A stretch of 64,000 bases of DNA from Syntrophorhabdaceae bacterium (lineage in GTDB: Bacteria > Desulfobacterota > Syntrophorhabdia > Syntrophorhabdales > Syntrophorhabdaceae), in the NCBI GenBank assembly GCA_963665295.1, contig OY762209.1, positions 736,001 to 800,000 on the forward strand. Reading direction: 5' to 3'. Under the pieces are notes generated by a model that was not told where the DNA came from, ran no database searches, and was given only the letters and a program-made list of their open reading frames with translations. Both the position numbers and the translations under genes were made by a program. Shown here piece after piece: positions 28,571 through 37,559 of the stretch. Position 1 is the stretch's first letter; the number at the start of each line of letters is the position of its first letter.

Positions 28571-31000
28571 ATGCTGAATCTTAGAGAATATCACAAGAAG
28601 CCGGACAAGCTTTCAGATTATCTCGTGTGGGCGGCATTGGTCGACAAGGGGGTGGTCCTCAACAAGGACGGCTCACTCATGAGATCCTACATCTTCAGAG
28701 GCCCGGACCTGGACAGCGCCACGCCCGCCGAACTTGTCTCAATCACAGCCCGTCTGAACAATGCAATCAAGCGCCTCTCCGGAGGGTGGGCCATCTATAC
28801 CGAGGCGCAAAGGATACGAAGCCAGGACTACCCGGAGTCGGAGTTCCCCGACCCGGTGACGCTTATGATCGAGGAAGAAAGGAGAGCCTTCTTCTCTGTG
28901 GGCAATCACTACGAGAGCCTTTACTACTTCACTCTTCTCTTTCTCCCTCCTCCTGAGCAGCACCAGAAGATAGAAAAGGCCTTTATCGAAAGAGGCAGGG
29001 GTTACGAAAAAGAGCAGGAGACATACCAGGCTCATCTAAAGACCTTCCTTACGGAATCCGACAGAATCTATTCTCTCCTCTCGGAGATCCTCCCCGAGGC
29101 GAGACCGCTTACGGATTCGGAGACGCTCACTTACCTGCATAGCTGTGTATCTCCGAAGCGCCATCCGGTGAGGGCCCCCGAGATACCCATGTATCTCGAT
29201 GCCCTCTTGGCGGACACACCTTTAGTTTCTGGCTTTGAGCCCCGACTGGGGGAACATCACCTGAGGGTTGTATCGATTATGGGCTTTCCCGGAATGACTG
29301 TACCGGGGATCATGGATAATCTCAACAAGCTCAACTTCGAGTACCGATGGGTGACCAGGTTCCTGCCCCTAGACAAACGGGAGGCCCTCACCGAAATCGG
29401 CAGATACCGACGCCAGTGGTGGGCCAAGAGAAAGGGGATCATGACCCTCATCAAAGAAACCGTCACTCAGACGGAAAGCGCCATGGTGGATAGTGACGCC
29501 ATGAACAAGGCGTCGGATGCCGACGCCGCGTTACAGGAAGTGGCAGATGACGCGGTGAGCTACGGATACTATACCGCGTCCATTGTCGTGTGGGATAAAG
29601 ATTCTCTCTTAGTACAAAAGAAGGTCCGGGCTCTTGAGAAAACCATCAACAGCCTCGGCTTCACGGTAATCAATGAGACTCTCAATGCCGTGGACGCCTG
29701 GTTCGGGAGCCTCCCGGGACTCTGCCGGGCGAACGTGAGAAGGCCCCTCTTAAGTTCTCTGAATCTATCACACATATTTCCCTTGTCGGCGGTGTGGGCA
29801 GGTCCGGAGATGAATGCCCATCTTAACGCCTCGGTCCTCATGCACACACAGACGACAGGGAACACACCCTTCCGTCTCAACCTTCACGTCGATGATGTGG
29901 GGCATACCATGATAGTAGGACCGACAGGATCGGGGAAATCGGTACTCCTTGCTATCCTCGCAGCACAGTTCCGGAGGTACCCGGAGTCCCAGGTCTACTT
30001 CTTCGACAAGGATGGGTCGATCAAAGCGCTCACGGCGGGAGTAGGAGGGGATTTCTACGACCTCGCCGCCGAGACATCGGGAGCGTTGTCCTTTCAACCC
30101 CTGGCCGTAATAGACAACGAGCTTGAGATGTCCTGGGCGGCGGAGTGGGTTTATGACTTCCTGAGAGCGGAGAACGTGGAAGTCAATCCTGATGTGAAAA
30201 AGGCGGTATGGACGGCCTTGAAGTCTCTCTCCTCGTCTCCTCCTGAAGAGCGAACCATCACCGGGCTTACCCTCCTTCTCCAAGACGCCCGGCTGAGGCA
30301 GGCGTTAGAACCTGCGACCCTGAACGGCTCCTTTGGCCGTCTCTTCGATGCAACCCATGACACCCTCTCCTATGGCCGCTGGCAGGTCTTCGAGATGGCG
30401 AAGCTCATGGAGACGAAGGCGGCGGTTCCTCCTGCCCTTTCTTATCTCTTCCATAGGCTTGAACAAAGGTTTGATGGCTCTCCTTCAATCCTCTTCCTTG
30501 ATGAATGCTGGCTCTTCCTGGACAACCCTATATTTGCGGCAAAAATCAGGGAGTGGCTCAAGGTACTGAGGAAGGCGAATGTGGCGGTAGTCTTTGCCAC
30601 CCAGTCCTTGCAGGACGTGGAGAACAGTTCCATTGCGAGTGTCATAAAGGAGTCCTGTCCCACGAAGATTTATCTCCCCAACTCGAATGCCTTGGATGAG
30701 CGGATGGCGGCTATTTATCGTGGCTATGGGCTCAACGACCGCGAAATAGAGATCATCGCCACGGCCACTCCGAAGAGACAGTACTACTACAAGTCGGGTG
30801 CAGGGTCCAGGCTCTTCGAGCTTGCCCTCGGACCCATGGCCCTCGCCTATTGCGGGTCGAGCACCCCGGAAGACCGTAAGATGGTAAGCGTGATCCAGGC
30901 AGGGAGCGGGGACTTTAACGACGAATGGTTGAGATACAAGAACCTCGAAGGAACTTCACCCTTCTTCGAGAAATCTTCACATGTAAAGGAGGCAGTATGA
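28571..31000 (+). CDS. trbE: TrbE (VirB4) ATPase
   Basis: 'VLNKDGS..R...FRGPDLDSA', GPTGSGKS, LDECW, FATQS. Confidence 0.94.
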   Translation: MLNLREYHKKPDKLSDYLVWAALVDKGVVLNKDGSLMRSYIFRGPDLDSATPAELVSITARLNNAIKRLSGGWAIYTEAQRIRSQDYPESEFPDPVTLMIEEERRAFFSVGNHYESLYYFTLLFLPPPEQHQKIEKAFIERGRGYEKEQETYQAHLKTFLTESDRIYSLLSEILPEARPLTDSETLTYLHSCVSPKRHPVRAPEIPMYLDALLADTPLVSGFEPRLGEHHLRVVSIMGFPGMTVPGIMDNLNKLNFEYRWVTRFLPLDKREALTEIGRYRRQWWAKRKGIMTLIKETVTQTESAMVDSDAMNKASDADAALQEVADDAVSYGYYTASIVVWDKDSLLVQKKVRALEKTINSLGFTVINETLNAVDAWFGSLPGLCRANVRRPLLSSLNLSHIFPLSAVWAGPEMNAHLNASVLMHTQTTGNTPFRLNLHVDDVGHTMIVGPTGSGKSVLLAILAAQFRRYPESQVYFFDKDGSIKALTAGVGGDFYDLAAETSGALSFQPLAVIDNELEMSWAAEWVYDFLRAENVEVNPDVKKAVWTALKSLSSSPPEERTITGLTLLLQDARLRQALEPATLNGSFGRLFDATHDTLSYGRWQVFEMAKLMETKAAVPPALSYLFHRLEQRFDGSPSILFLDECWLFLDNPIFAAKIREWLKVLRKANVAVVFATQSLQDVENSSIASVIKESCPTKIYLPNSNALDERMAAIYRGYGLNDREIEIIATATPKRQYYYKSGAGSRLFELALGPMALAYCGSSTPEDRKMVSVIQAGSGDFNDEWLRYKNLEGTSPFFEKSSHVKEAV

Positions 31001-32995
31001 AGAAGATTCAACGGAAGCACCTTTTCATCGGCATCGGTTTACTCTCGGTAATGCTCTTGTGTTCTTCTCCTTGTCCAGCCTTCCTGGGCTTCGGCGACAT
31101 TGTCTTCGACCCCTCGGTCTGGGCGCAGACGGTCATGAACTATGTCAAGGAAGTCCAGACGGCGATCAACACCACCAAGCAGGTCGAGAATCAACTTCAA
31201 AGCCTCCAGAATGAGGCGCAGAACCTTACCCGCATGGATCAAGGCACCGCAGCGGCCACGATGTCCCGGATTCAGAGCAGCCTTTCCCAGCTTACCCAGA
31301 TGAGAAGCAACATGCGGGGCATTACCATGGACTATTCAAAGCTTCAGACCGCGTGGGACGGCGTCTACAAGAACTTCGGCGCCTATAACGGCATGTCAGG
31401 TAAGGATTACGCCACCCAGGCGCAGAAGATCACGGAGCAGAGTAACAACGCGAGTTATGACGCCATGAAGGCACAGGGTCTTGCAGCACAGTTGGGCGAC
31501 GACACCACCAATCTCAACAACCTTCTCAGGGCCTCGAACAACGCCGGGGGTGCAGTCGCCGCAACCCAGGCGGGCAACCAGATCGCGGGCATGACGGTGC
31601 AGCAACTCATGAGGCTTGAACAGGTCATGGCCACGAGTTACAGGGCGCAGTCGTCATACTTTGCGGCGGAGGCGCAGAAAAAAGCAATGGCGGATGCTGA
31701 TTCGGCTAGTGTCACATCACACTTGTAATGTCGTATAGTATGATATAGAATCTCCTCAAGGGTTAAATTTCACCATGGGGAGGTCCGAATGATAAAATAT
31801 AGGGTGGTGCTCGAAAAAGAAGAGCGAAAGGAACTTGAAGGCGTGGTGCAAAAAGGAAATCATAAAGCCCAAAAGGTGCTCAATGCGCTGGTTCTTCTCA
31901 ATTGCGATCAGGGCCGGTTCCAGGACCACCCGATGAAGAACGAGGATATATCGGCAGTGTTGCGAATCAGCATGCGTAAGATAGATAGAGTAAAAAAGCG
32001 ATTCGTGGAAGAAGGACTTGAGACTGCCCTTACCGGACACAAAGCAGAGCGAGTCTACGAGAAGAAGGCGGATGGCGATTTCGAGGCCCACCTCATTGCC
32101 TTGAGCTGTAGCGAACCACCAGAAGGTTTTGCGAGGTGGACCTTGCGTATGCTCGCGAACCGGGCCGTAGCGCTCAATTATATCGAGAATATCTCCTATG
32201 AAACCGTGCGTCGGGTTTTAAAAAAACGAAACAAAACCCTGGAAGCAGCAAGGATGGGTCATTCCACCGGAGGGCAATGCTGATTTCGTCGCCGCCATGG
32301 AGAACGTACTCGATGTATATAAACGCCCGTATGATAAAAGATTCCCGGTGGTCTGTATGGATGAAACCCCAAGACAACTGATCAAAGAAACGCGTACCCC
32401 GATTCCCCGCGCTCCGGGACGGCTCGAGCGTCACGACTACGAATACGAGCGATGTGGCGTCTGTACCGTATTTATGGCCAACGAACCATTGGCGGGCACG
32501 CGCCTGACCAAGGTATCGGAAAGGAGAACGAAGCGCGACTGGGCGGAGTTCATCCGGGAACTTTCAGGACGGTATGGAAAGGCCAAAAGGATCACCCTTG
32601 TCATGGATAACCTGAACACCCATAAACCCGGCTCTCTTTATGAAGCCTTTTCTCCCGAAGAGGCCAAACGCATCTGGGACCGCTTTGAATTCGTCTATAC
32701 TCCCAAACATGGAAGCTGGCTCAATATGGCGGAGATTGAGCTTAACGTGCTCATTCATCAATGCCTGAGTCGCCGGATCGACACTCTCGCCGAGGTCCAC
32801 TCCGCCGTGTCTGCCTGGCAGGCCCATCGCGACAATCTCAACGCAAAGGTGAACTGGCAATTTACTACTAAGGATGCGCGGGTGAAACTTAGGCGACTTT
32901 ATCCGACATTAGATGAGTGACGTGACACTAGGTTCTTTGGAGATCATATACAAAAACCTGGCGAGCCTCAGGGAAGAGGCACCAAACAATATTAG
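30997..32995 (+). pseudogene. trbJ: TrbJ (VirB5) interrupted about 22 codons before its stop by IS630
   Basis: 'IVFDPS', 'GAVAATQAGNQ'. Removing the IS restores ...ADSARFFGDHIQKPGEPQGRGTKQY* (stop 32993-32995). Confidence 0.85.
31709..32928 (+). mobile_element. IS630-family element, copy B (appears identical to copy A, opposite orientation)
   Basis: Same IRs, same CTAG target with TA duplication, identical translated ORFs (31789-32283, 32297-32920). Confidence 0.95.
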
Positions 32996-33007
32996 GAGGG
33001 ATAGACC

Positions 33008-33259
33008 ATGAAGAAATTCTTGCTTCTTATCGCTGCCGTTTCGTTGCTTTCTGCCTGTGGTTCAAAAACCCCTGAGTATTACAAAGAACACCCCGCCGAA
33101 ATGAAGGCCAAAGCGGAAGCGTGTTCAAGAATGTCTGAAGCTGAGAAAATGGCTGACAGAGAGTGTGCAGCAATCAGTAAGGCCGATTCCGACCGATTCT
33201 TTGGGGACCACATGGAGAAACCGGGCGCACCGAGGGGAAGGGGCACCAAGCAATATTAG
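33008..33259 (+). CDS. trbK: Entry-exclusion lipoprotein (TrbK/EexN-like)
   Basis: Lipobox LSAC, 'TPEYYKEHP...A..C......C'; position between trbJ and trbL. Confidence 0.8.
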   Translation: MKKFLLLIAAVSLLSACGSKTPEYYKEHPAEMKAKAEACSRMSEAEKMADRECAAISKADSDRFFGDHMEKPGAPRGRGTKQY

Positions 33260-33268
33260 GAGGGCCAA

Positions 33269-34519
33269 ATGACACCGGATCCTGGAATACTCACCACTGT
33301 TTTGAATACGTTTAGCGATGCCTTCACGAACGGCCTTGGTTTCATTCATGGTGACGCCAAGTGGCTTCTCGGGACGCTCATCCTCATAGACCTCATTTTA
33401 GCTATAGTCCTCAATCTCAGTGACGGCGACCACATGAAAACATTGGTTTCAAAGATCCTTAAGTATGGGTTCTTCATATGGATCGTCATGGACTACAAGA
33501 CCTTCACCAACGTCATATTGAACACCTTTGAGATGATAGGTCTGAAAGCCGGAGGCGGATCCGTCACTAATGCGATGCTCAGCGATCCCTCAAATATTGC
33601 CAGTTACGGCATATGGGTTACAGAGCCCATCTTTGACTTTATCAACAACCTCGGTGCAGTGGATGTCATCAAAAATCTACACAAAGTAATTATTGCGGGA
33701 TGGACAGGGTTAATCATTATGCTCTGCTACTTCCTGATCGGTATCCAGATCTTCATAACTTACCTCGAATTCTACGTTGTTGCCACATTAGCGCTGATTC
33801 TTCTTCCTTTCGGGGTAAATAGACGTACCGCCTTTCTCGGGGAGAAGGCGATAGGAGCGGTCCTGTCCTTCGGCATAAAACTGATGGTCCTCGCGTTCAT
33901 CGCGGCGGTTGCCATTCCGCTTGTCAAGACGTGGTCACTCCCTGTCGATCCCACAAACAAACAGATGTTCTGTCTTCTTTTGGGCTCCCTCGCAATCACT
34001 TTTCTCGCGTGGCATGCTCCCACCATGGCATCAGGACTCCTCTCCGGGCACCCGACCCTTACGGCAGGAACTGCCGCAGGTACGGTGGTTGCCGGAGGGT
34101 GGGCAGCCGCCACGCTTGGTGGAGCCGCCGTAAAGGCAGGTCATAGCGCGACCATGGCGGCGGTCAGGGGAGGGAGTCAGGCAGCCGGAGCATACAAGGA
34201 AGGAGGAATGGGAGGAGTGGTAAGGCTCGGGGGTTCCTATATGTCAAAAGGAGCCCACAAGATCACGGATCCCTTCGTATCATCCTTTGACTCCGGCAGG
34301 AAGGCCGCTTCTTCGACTCCCGCCGCCTCCGAAGGAGGCTCAGGCAGCACGACAGGCGGCGGCAGTACCCGAGGAGCAGGGAGCGGTGATTCCTTTTCCC
34401 AGATGGATTTTGCGGCCATAAGAAAACGGCTGAGATACGTACCCAACTCCGTTCCCCCTTCGGAGACCAGAAAAGGGGGAAGCGCAAAGCCGGACCTTAA
34501 AGGAGGTGACAAATCATGA
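33269..34519 (+). CDS. trbL: TrbL (VirB6)
   Basis: Polytopic; 'ITYLEFY..A...ILLPFG...TAFLGEKAIG....GIKLMVLA'; Gly/Ser-rich tail. Confidence 0.9.
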   Translation: MTPDPGILTTVLNTFSDAFTNGLGFIHGDAKWLLGTLILIDLILAIVLNLSDGDHMKTLVSKILKYGFFIWIVMDYKTFTNVILNTFEMIGLKAGGGSVTNAMLSDPSNIASYGIWVTEPIFDFINNLGAVDVIKNLHKVIIAGWTGLIIMLCYFLIGIQIFITYLEFYVVATLALILLPFGVNRRTAFLGEKAIGAVLSFGIKLMVLAFIAAVAIPLVKTWSLPVDPTNKQMFCLLLGSLAITFLAWHAPTMASGLLSGHPTLTAGTAAGTVVAGGWAAATLGGAAVKAGHSATMAAVRGGSQAAGAYKEGGMGGVVRLGGSYMSKGAHKITDPFVSSFDSGRKAASSTPAASEGGSGSTTGGGSTRGAGSGDSFSQMDFAAIRKRLRYVPNSVPPSETRKGGSAKPDLKGGDKS

Positions 34520-35205
34520 ATGAGCTGAATCAGCCAACTCAAACCTACAAACCCGAGGGGATACCCTTAACGCCCTATCTCAAGGCAAAAGAGATATGGG
34601 ATAACCGAATAGGCAGCGCAAGAGTCCAGGCGTACAACTGGCGCCTGGCCTTCTTTACTGCCGTAGGACTCTGCTTTGTCCTCGTTATCGGACTTATCTT
34701 CCAATCGGCAAAAAGCAGCGTTGCTCCATTCATAGTGGAAGTCGGCCCGGGAGGAGAACTCTTGGCCGTCAGCAAGGCAACCCAGGCGAACAGAGCCGCC
34801 AATGATCCCGAGATCAGATATTTCCTCGCAAAGTGGATAAAGGACGTGAGGGGTTTGCCCCTTGATGCGGTGGTCAAGAAGCAGTCCTGGATAAGCGCCT
34901 ATGGCTCCATGCGTCAGAAGGCAGCCCTCAAAATGAACGAGATCGTAAGGAAGGATGACCCCATGAGCAAGATCGGGGAAGAGACCATATCCGTCACCCC
35001 TGCTGCTATTGTCAAAATGTCTGACAAGACTTACCAGATCCGATGGACGGAAGACGTATTCTCGAAGGAAGGTTCTCCCAAGCAATCCTATCGGATGACG
35101 GGCCTTGTCACTATCGATTTTACCCAACCCACCAATGAAAAAGAGATCATGGCAAACCCGCTGGGGCTCTACATAAGCGACTTCTCATGGTCCAAGGAAC
35201 TTTAA
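34516..35205 (+). CDS. trbF: TrbF (VirB8)
   Basis: 'TPY.KA...WD.RIGSARVQA.NWR', 'NPLGLYI.DFSWS'. Confidence 0.92.
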   Translation: MNELNQPTQTYKPEGIPLTPYLKAKEIWDNRIGSARVQAYNWRLAFFTAVGLCFVLVIGLIFQSAKSSVAPFIVEVGPGGELLAVSKATQANRAANDPEIRYFLAKWIKDVRGLPLDAVVKKQSWISAYGSMRQKAALKMNEIVRKDDPMSKIGEETISVTPAAIVKMSDKTYQIRWTEDVFSKEGSPKQSYRMTGLVTIDFTQPTNEKEIMANPLGLYISDFSWSKEL

Positions 35206-35218
35206 AGGAGGTTTCGAT

Positions 35219-36211
35219 ATGCAACTTAATGGTTCTCCGTTCAAAGACGTATATAAGGCGTTTCTGGTAGGAATTTTGGGGGGCGGGCTCATCACTGTCT
35301 GCTCATTACCTTCAGCCAGCGTCATTCCCCTCGCCACGGCGGGAGACGGCCCTGCGCATACGAAACAGGCTGTCATGGTCCAGCCGCAGAAGCTCCCTGA
35401 CCTGCCCCAGGACCCCGAGGAGCCTATGACTCCTCGCGAAGAAAGAGATGCCCTCAAGGCATCAAAGTCAATTGACGCGGGAACCCGCGAGGGTTTGCAG
35501 AATGCGTCCGAGGCAGTGCAGGTCCAGGCAAAAGCATTTTTCTCATACAAGCCTACAGGGCTCTATCAAATCTACTGCCATGAAGGACACCTCACGGACA
35601 TTCAGCTGCAGCCCGGAGAGGACATCCTCTATATAGGCGGAGGAGACACCACCCGCTGGATAGTGGACAGGGCGCAGTCAGGAAACGGAGATGCAAAACA
35701 GTGGCATGTGTACGTAAAGCCCATGAAGTCAAACATCGCCACCAACTTCATGATCGCGACGGACAAAAGATCCTACCAGATCAGGGCTCGCTCAGGGAAT
35801 GTCTACAACCCTATCATAGGATGGACCTATCCCCTTGATGAAAAGGCGGCATACCTGAGAAAGCAAACTGAGAAAAAGGAGAAGGAAGAAGAGCAAATCT
35901 CAGGAACCGTCACTCCCGAGAAGATCAATTTCAACTACAAGATTGAAGAAAGATCCGGTTTCTTCGGAGGCTCCTATTCCTGGACTCCAAAGATGGTTTT
36001 CGATGATGGAACAAAGACGTACATCCAGATGGCCGCGACCATGTCTTCAGGAGAGGCTCCCGCGCTCTTCGTAAGCGACGGGAAGGAAGTAACCCTCGTC
36101 AACTACAGGGTCAAGAAAAACTACTACATCGTCGACCGCCTCTTTGCCCAGGCGGAGATGCGGAACGGCCTGAAAGAGATAGTGGTCATCAAGAAAGTCA
36201 ACAAGGACTAA
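35219..36211 (+). CDS. trbG: TrbG (VirB9)
   Basis: 'TDIQLQPGE....GGDTTRW', 'W.P..VFDDG.KTYI', 'LVNYRV...YYIVDRLF..AE'. Confidence 0.92.
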   Translation: MQLNGSPFKDVYKAFLVGILGGGLITVCSLPSASVIPLATAGDGPAHTKQAVMVQPQKLPDLPQDPEEPMTPREERDALKASKSIDAGTREGLQNASEAVQVQAKAFFSYKPTGLYQIYCHEGHLTDIQLQPGEDILYIGGGDTTRWIVDRAQSGNGDAKQWHVYVKPMKSNIATNFMIATDKRSYQIRARSGNVYNPIIGWTYPLDEKAAYLRKQTEKKEKEEEQISGTVTPEKINFNYKIEERSGFFGGSYSWTPKMVFDDGTKTYIQMAATMSSGEAPALFVSDGKEVTLVNYRVKKNYYIVDRLFAQAEMRNGLKEIVVIKKVNKD

Positions 36212-36221
36212 GGAGGAGCGT

Positions 36222-37550
36222 ATGACGTTCTTTTCATCCACAAGATTCTCATCATTCTTCAAAAAAAGAAATCAACCACCGGAGAATGCCGCCGATGATT
36301 CTCTCACGGAGGAACCAAAGGAAGTAACCGGCAGCATCCTCAATCCGCCTGTTCCCACAGGTACGAGGTTTAACCGCAAGATGCTCATGATCCTCGGGTC
36401 GGCGGCTGGCCTTGTCATGATCTTTGCCGTTATGGCCGCCCTCCAACCCCCGAAGGACCTCACTCCCCGCGAGCAAGCGGAAGCGGCAAAGAAGCCCAGC
36501 ACGACCACCAACTACGCGCCCACCCCAGAGGCGATTTCGACCGCTCCCGACACTTACGCGGGCTTAAAGAGCTTTCAGGAGGCACAGCAGATCAGAAGAG
36601 GCGACATCCCGGGGAGGGGAGCCATTCCAGACCAGGACACGGGCACCGTGGGGAGTGTAAGGAACATCTCTTCGTCCTCAATCAACCAATACAACGCCCA
36701 GGCAGGAGGCAACGTCCCTCAACCATCCGAGGCGGAGAAGGAACGTCTTGATGCGAGAAAGAGCGCCATAAGATTTATGAATGCGTCGAGTACGATCCCG
36801 CAGGCCTCATCCCTCCCGCCGATCCCCGCCGTGATGCCTGCCCCGGTCAACGTGCCGGTCATGCCGTGGCAGAAGGACGACGACCAGAATATGCAGGCCG
36901 CGAAGCGGGACTTTGTGGCGGACAACGAGAAGGCGACCAAGGATGTTTACGTAAAGGGCACTGTCATATCCCCTCTTTCAAAATACGAGGTAAAGGCAGG
37001 CTCCATTATCCCCGGGGTCATGATTACCGGCATCAACTCCGATCTTCCGGGCAAGCTCACCGGGCAGGTGAGGGAGAACGTCTATGATACCGTCACCGGC
37101 AAGTATCTCTTAATCCCTCAGGGAACAAGGGTCATAGGAACCTATGATTCCAAGGTGGCCTATTCCCAGGAGAGGGTGTTGATCGTCTGGACCCGTCTCA
37201 TCTTCCCGAACGGCGATTCCATCGACCTCGAAGGTATGGCAGGCGTGGACCTCTCCGGTTACGCGGGTATGAAGGACAAGGTAAACAACCACTACGGCAA
37301 GCTCATCGCTGGAGTGGTTCTCAGTTCCATGCTCTCCGCCGGCGCGAAGGTAGCCGCAGGCAATAACGACGTGGGGACCGCCACATTCTCCCAGCAAGCA
37401 GTCTCAGGAGCAGCCCAGCAGGTCTCCACGGTAGGAGCCAAATTCGCGGACAGGAACCTCAATGTCCAACCCACCATAGAAATCAGACCCGGCATGAAAT
37501 TCAATGTCTTCGTCAACAAGGACCTTATCCTCAAGCGCTATCACGCATAA
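36222..37550 (+). CDS. trbI: TrbI (VirB10)
   Basis: 'AGSIIPG.MITGINSDLPG', 'LIPQGTR.IG.Y', 'NVQPTIEIRPG'. Confidence 0.93.
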   Translation: MTFFSSTRFSSFFKKRNQPPENAADDSLTEEPKEVTGSILNPPVPTGTRFNRKMLMILGSAAGLVMIFAVMAALQPPKDLTPREQAEAAKKPSTTTNYAPTPEAISTAPDTYAGLKSFQEAQQIRRGDIPGRGAIPDQDTGTVGSVRNISSSSINQYNAQAGGNVPQPSEAEKERLDARKSAIRFMNASSTIPQASSLPPIPAVMPAPVNVPVMPWQKDDDQNMQAAKRDFVADNEKATKDVYVKGTVISPLSKYEVKAGSIIPGVMITGINSDLPGKLTGQVRENVYDTVTGKYLLIPQGTRVIGTYDSKVAYSQERVLIVWTRLIFPNGDSIDLEGMAGVDLSGYAGMKDKVNNHYGKLIAGVVLSSMLSAGAKVAAGNNDVGTATFSQQAVSGAAQQVSTVGAKFADRNLNVQPTIEIRPGMKFNVFVNKDLILKRYHA

Positions 37551-37559
37551 GGAGGACCC

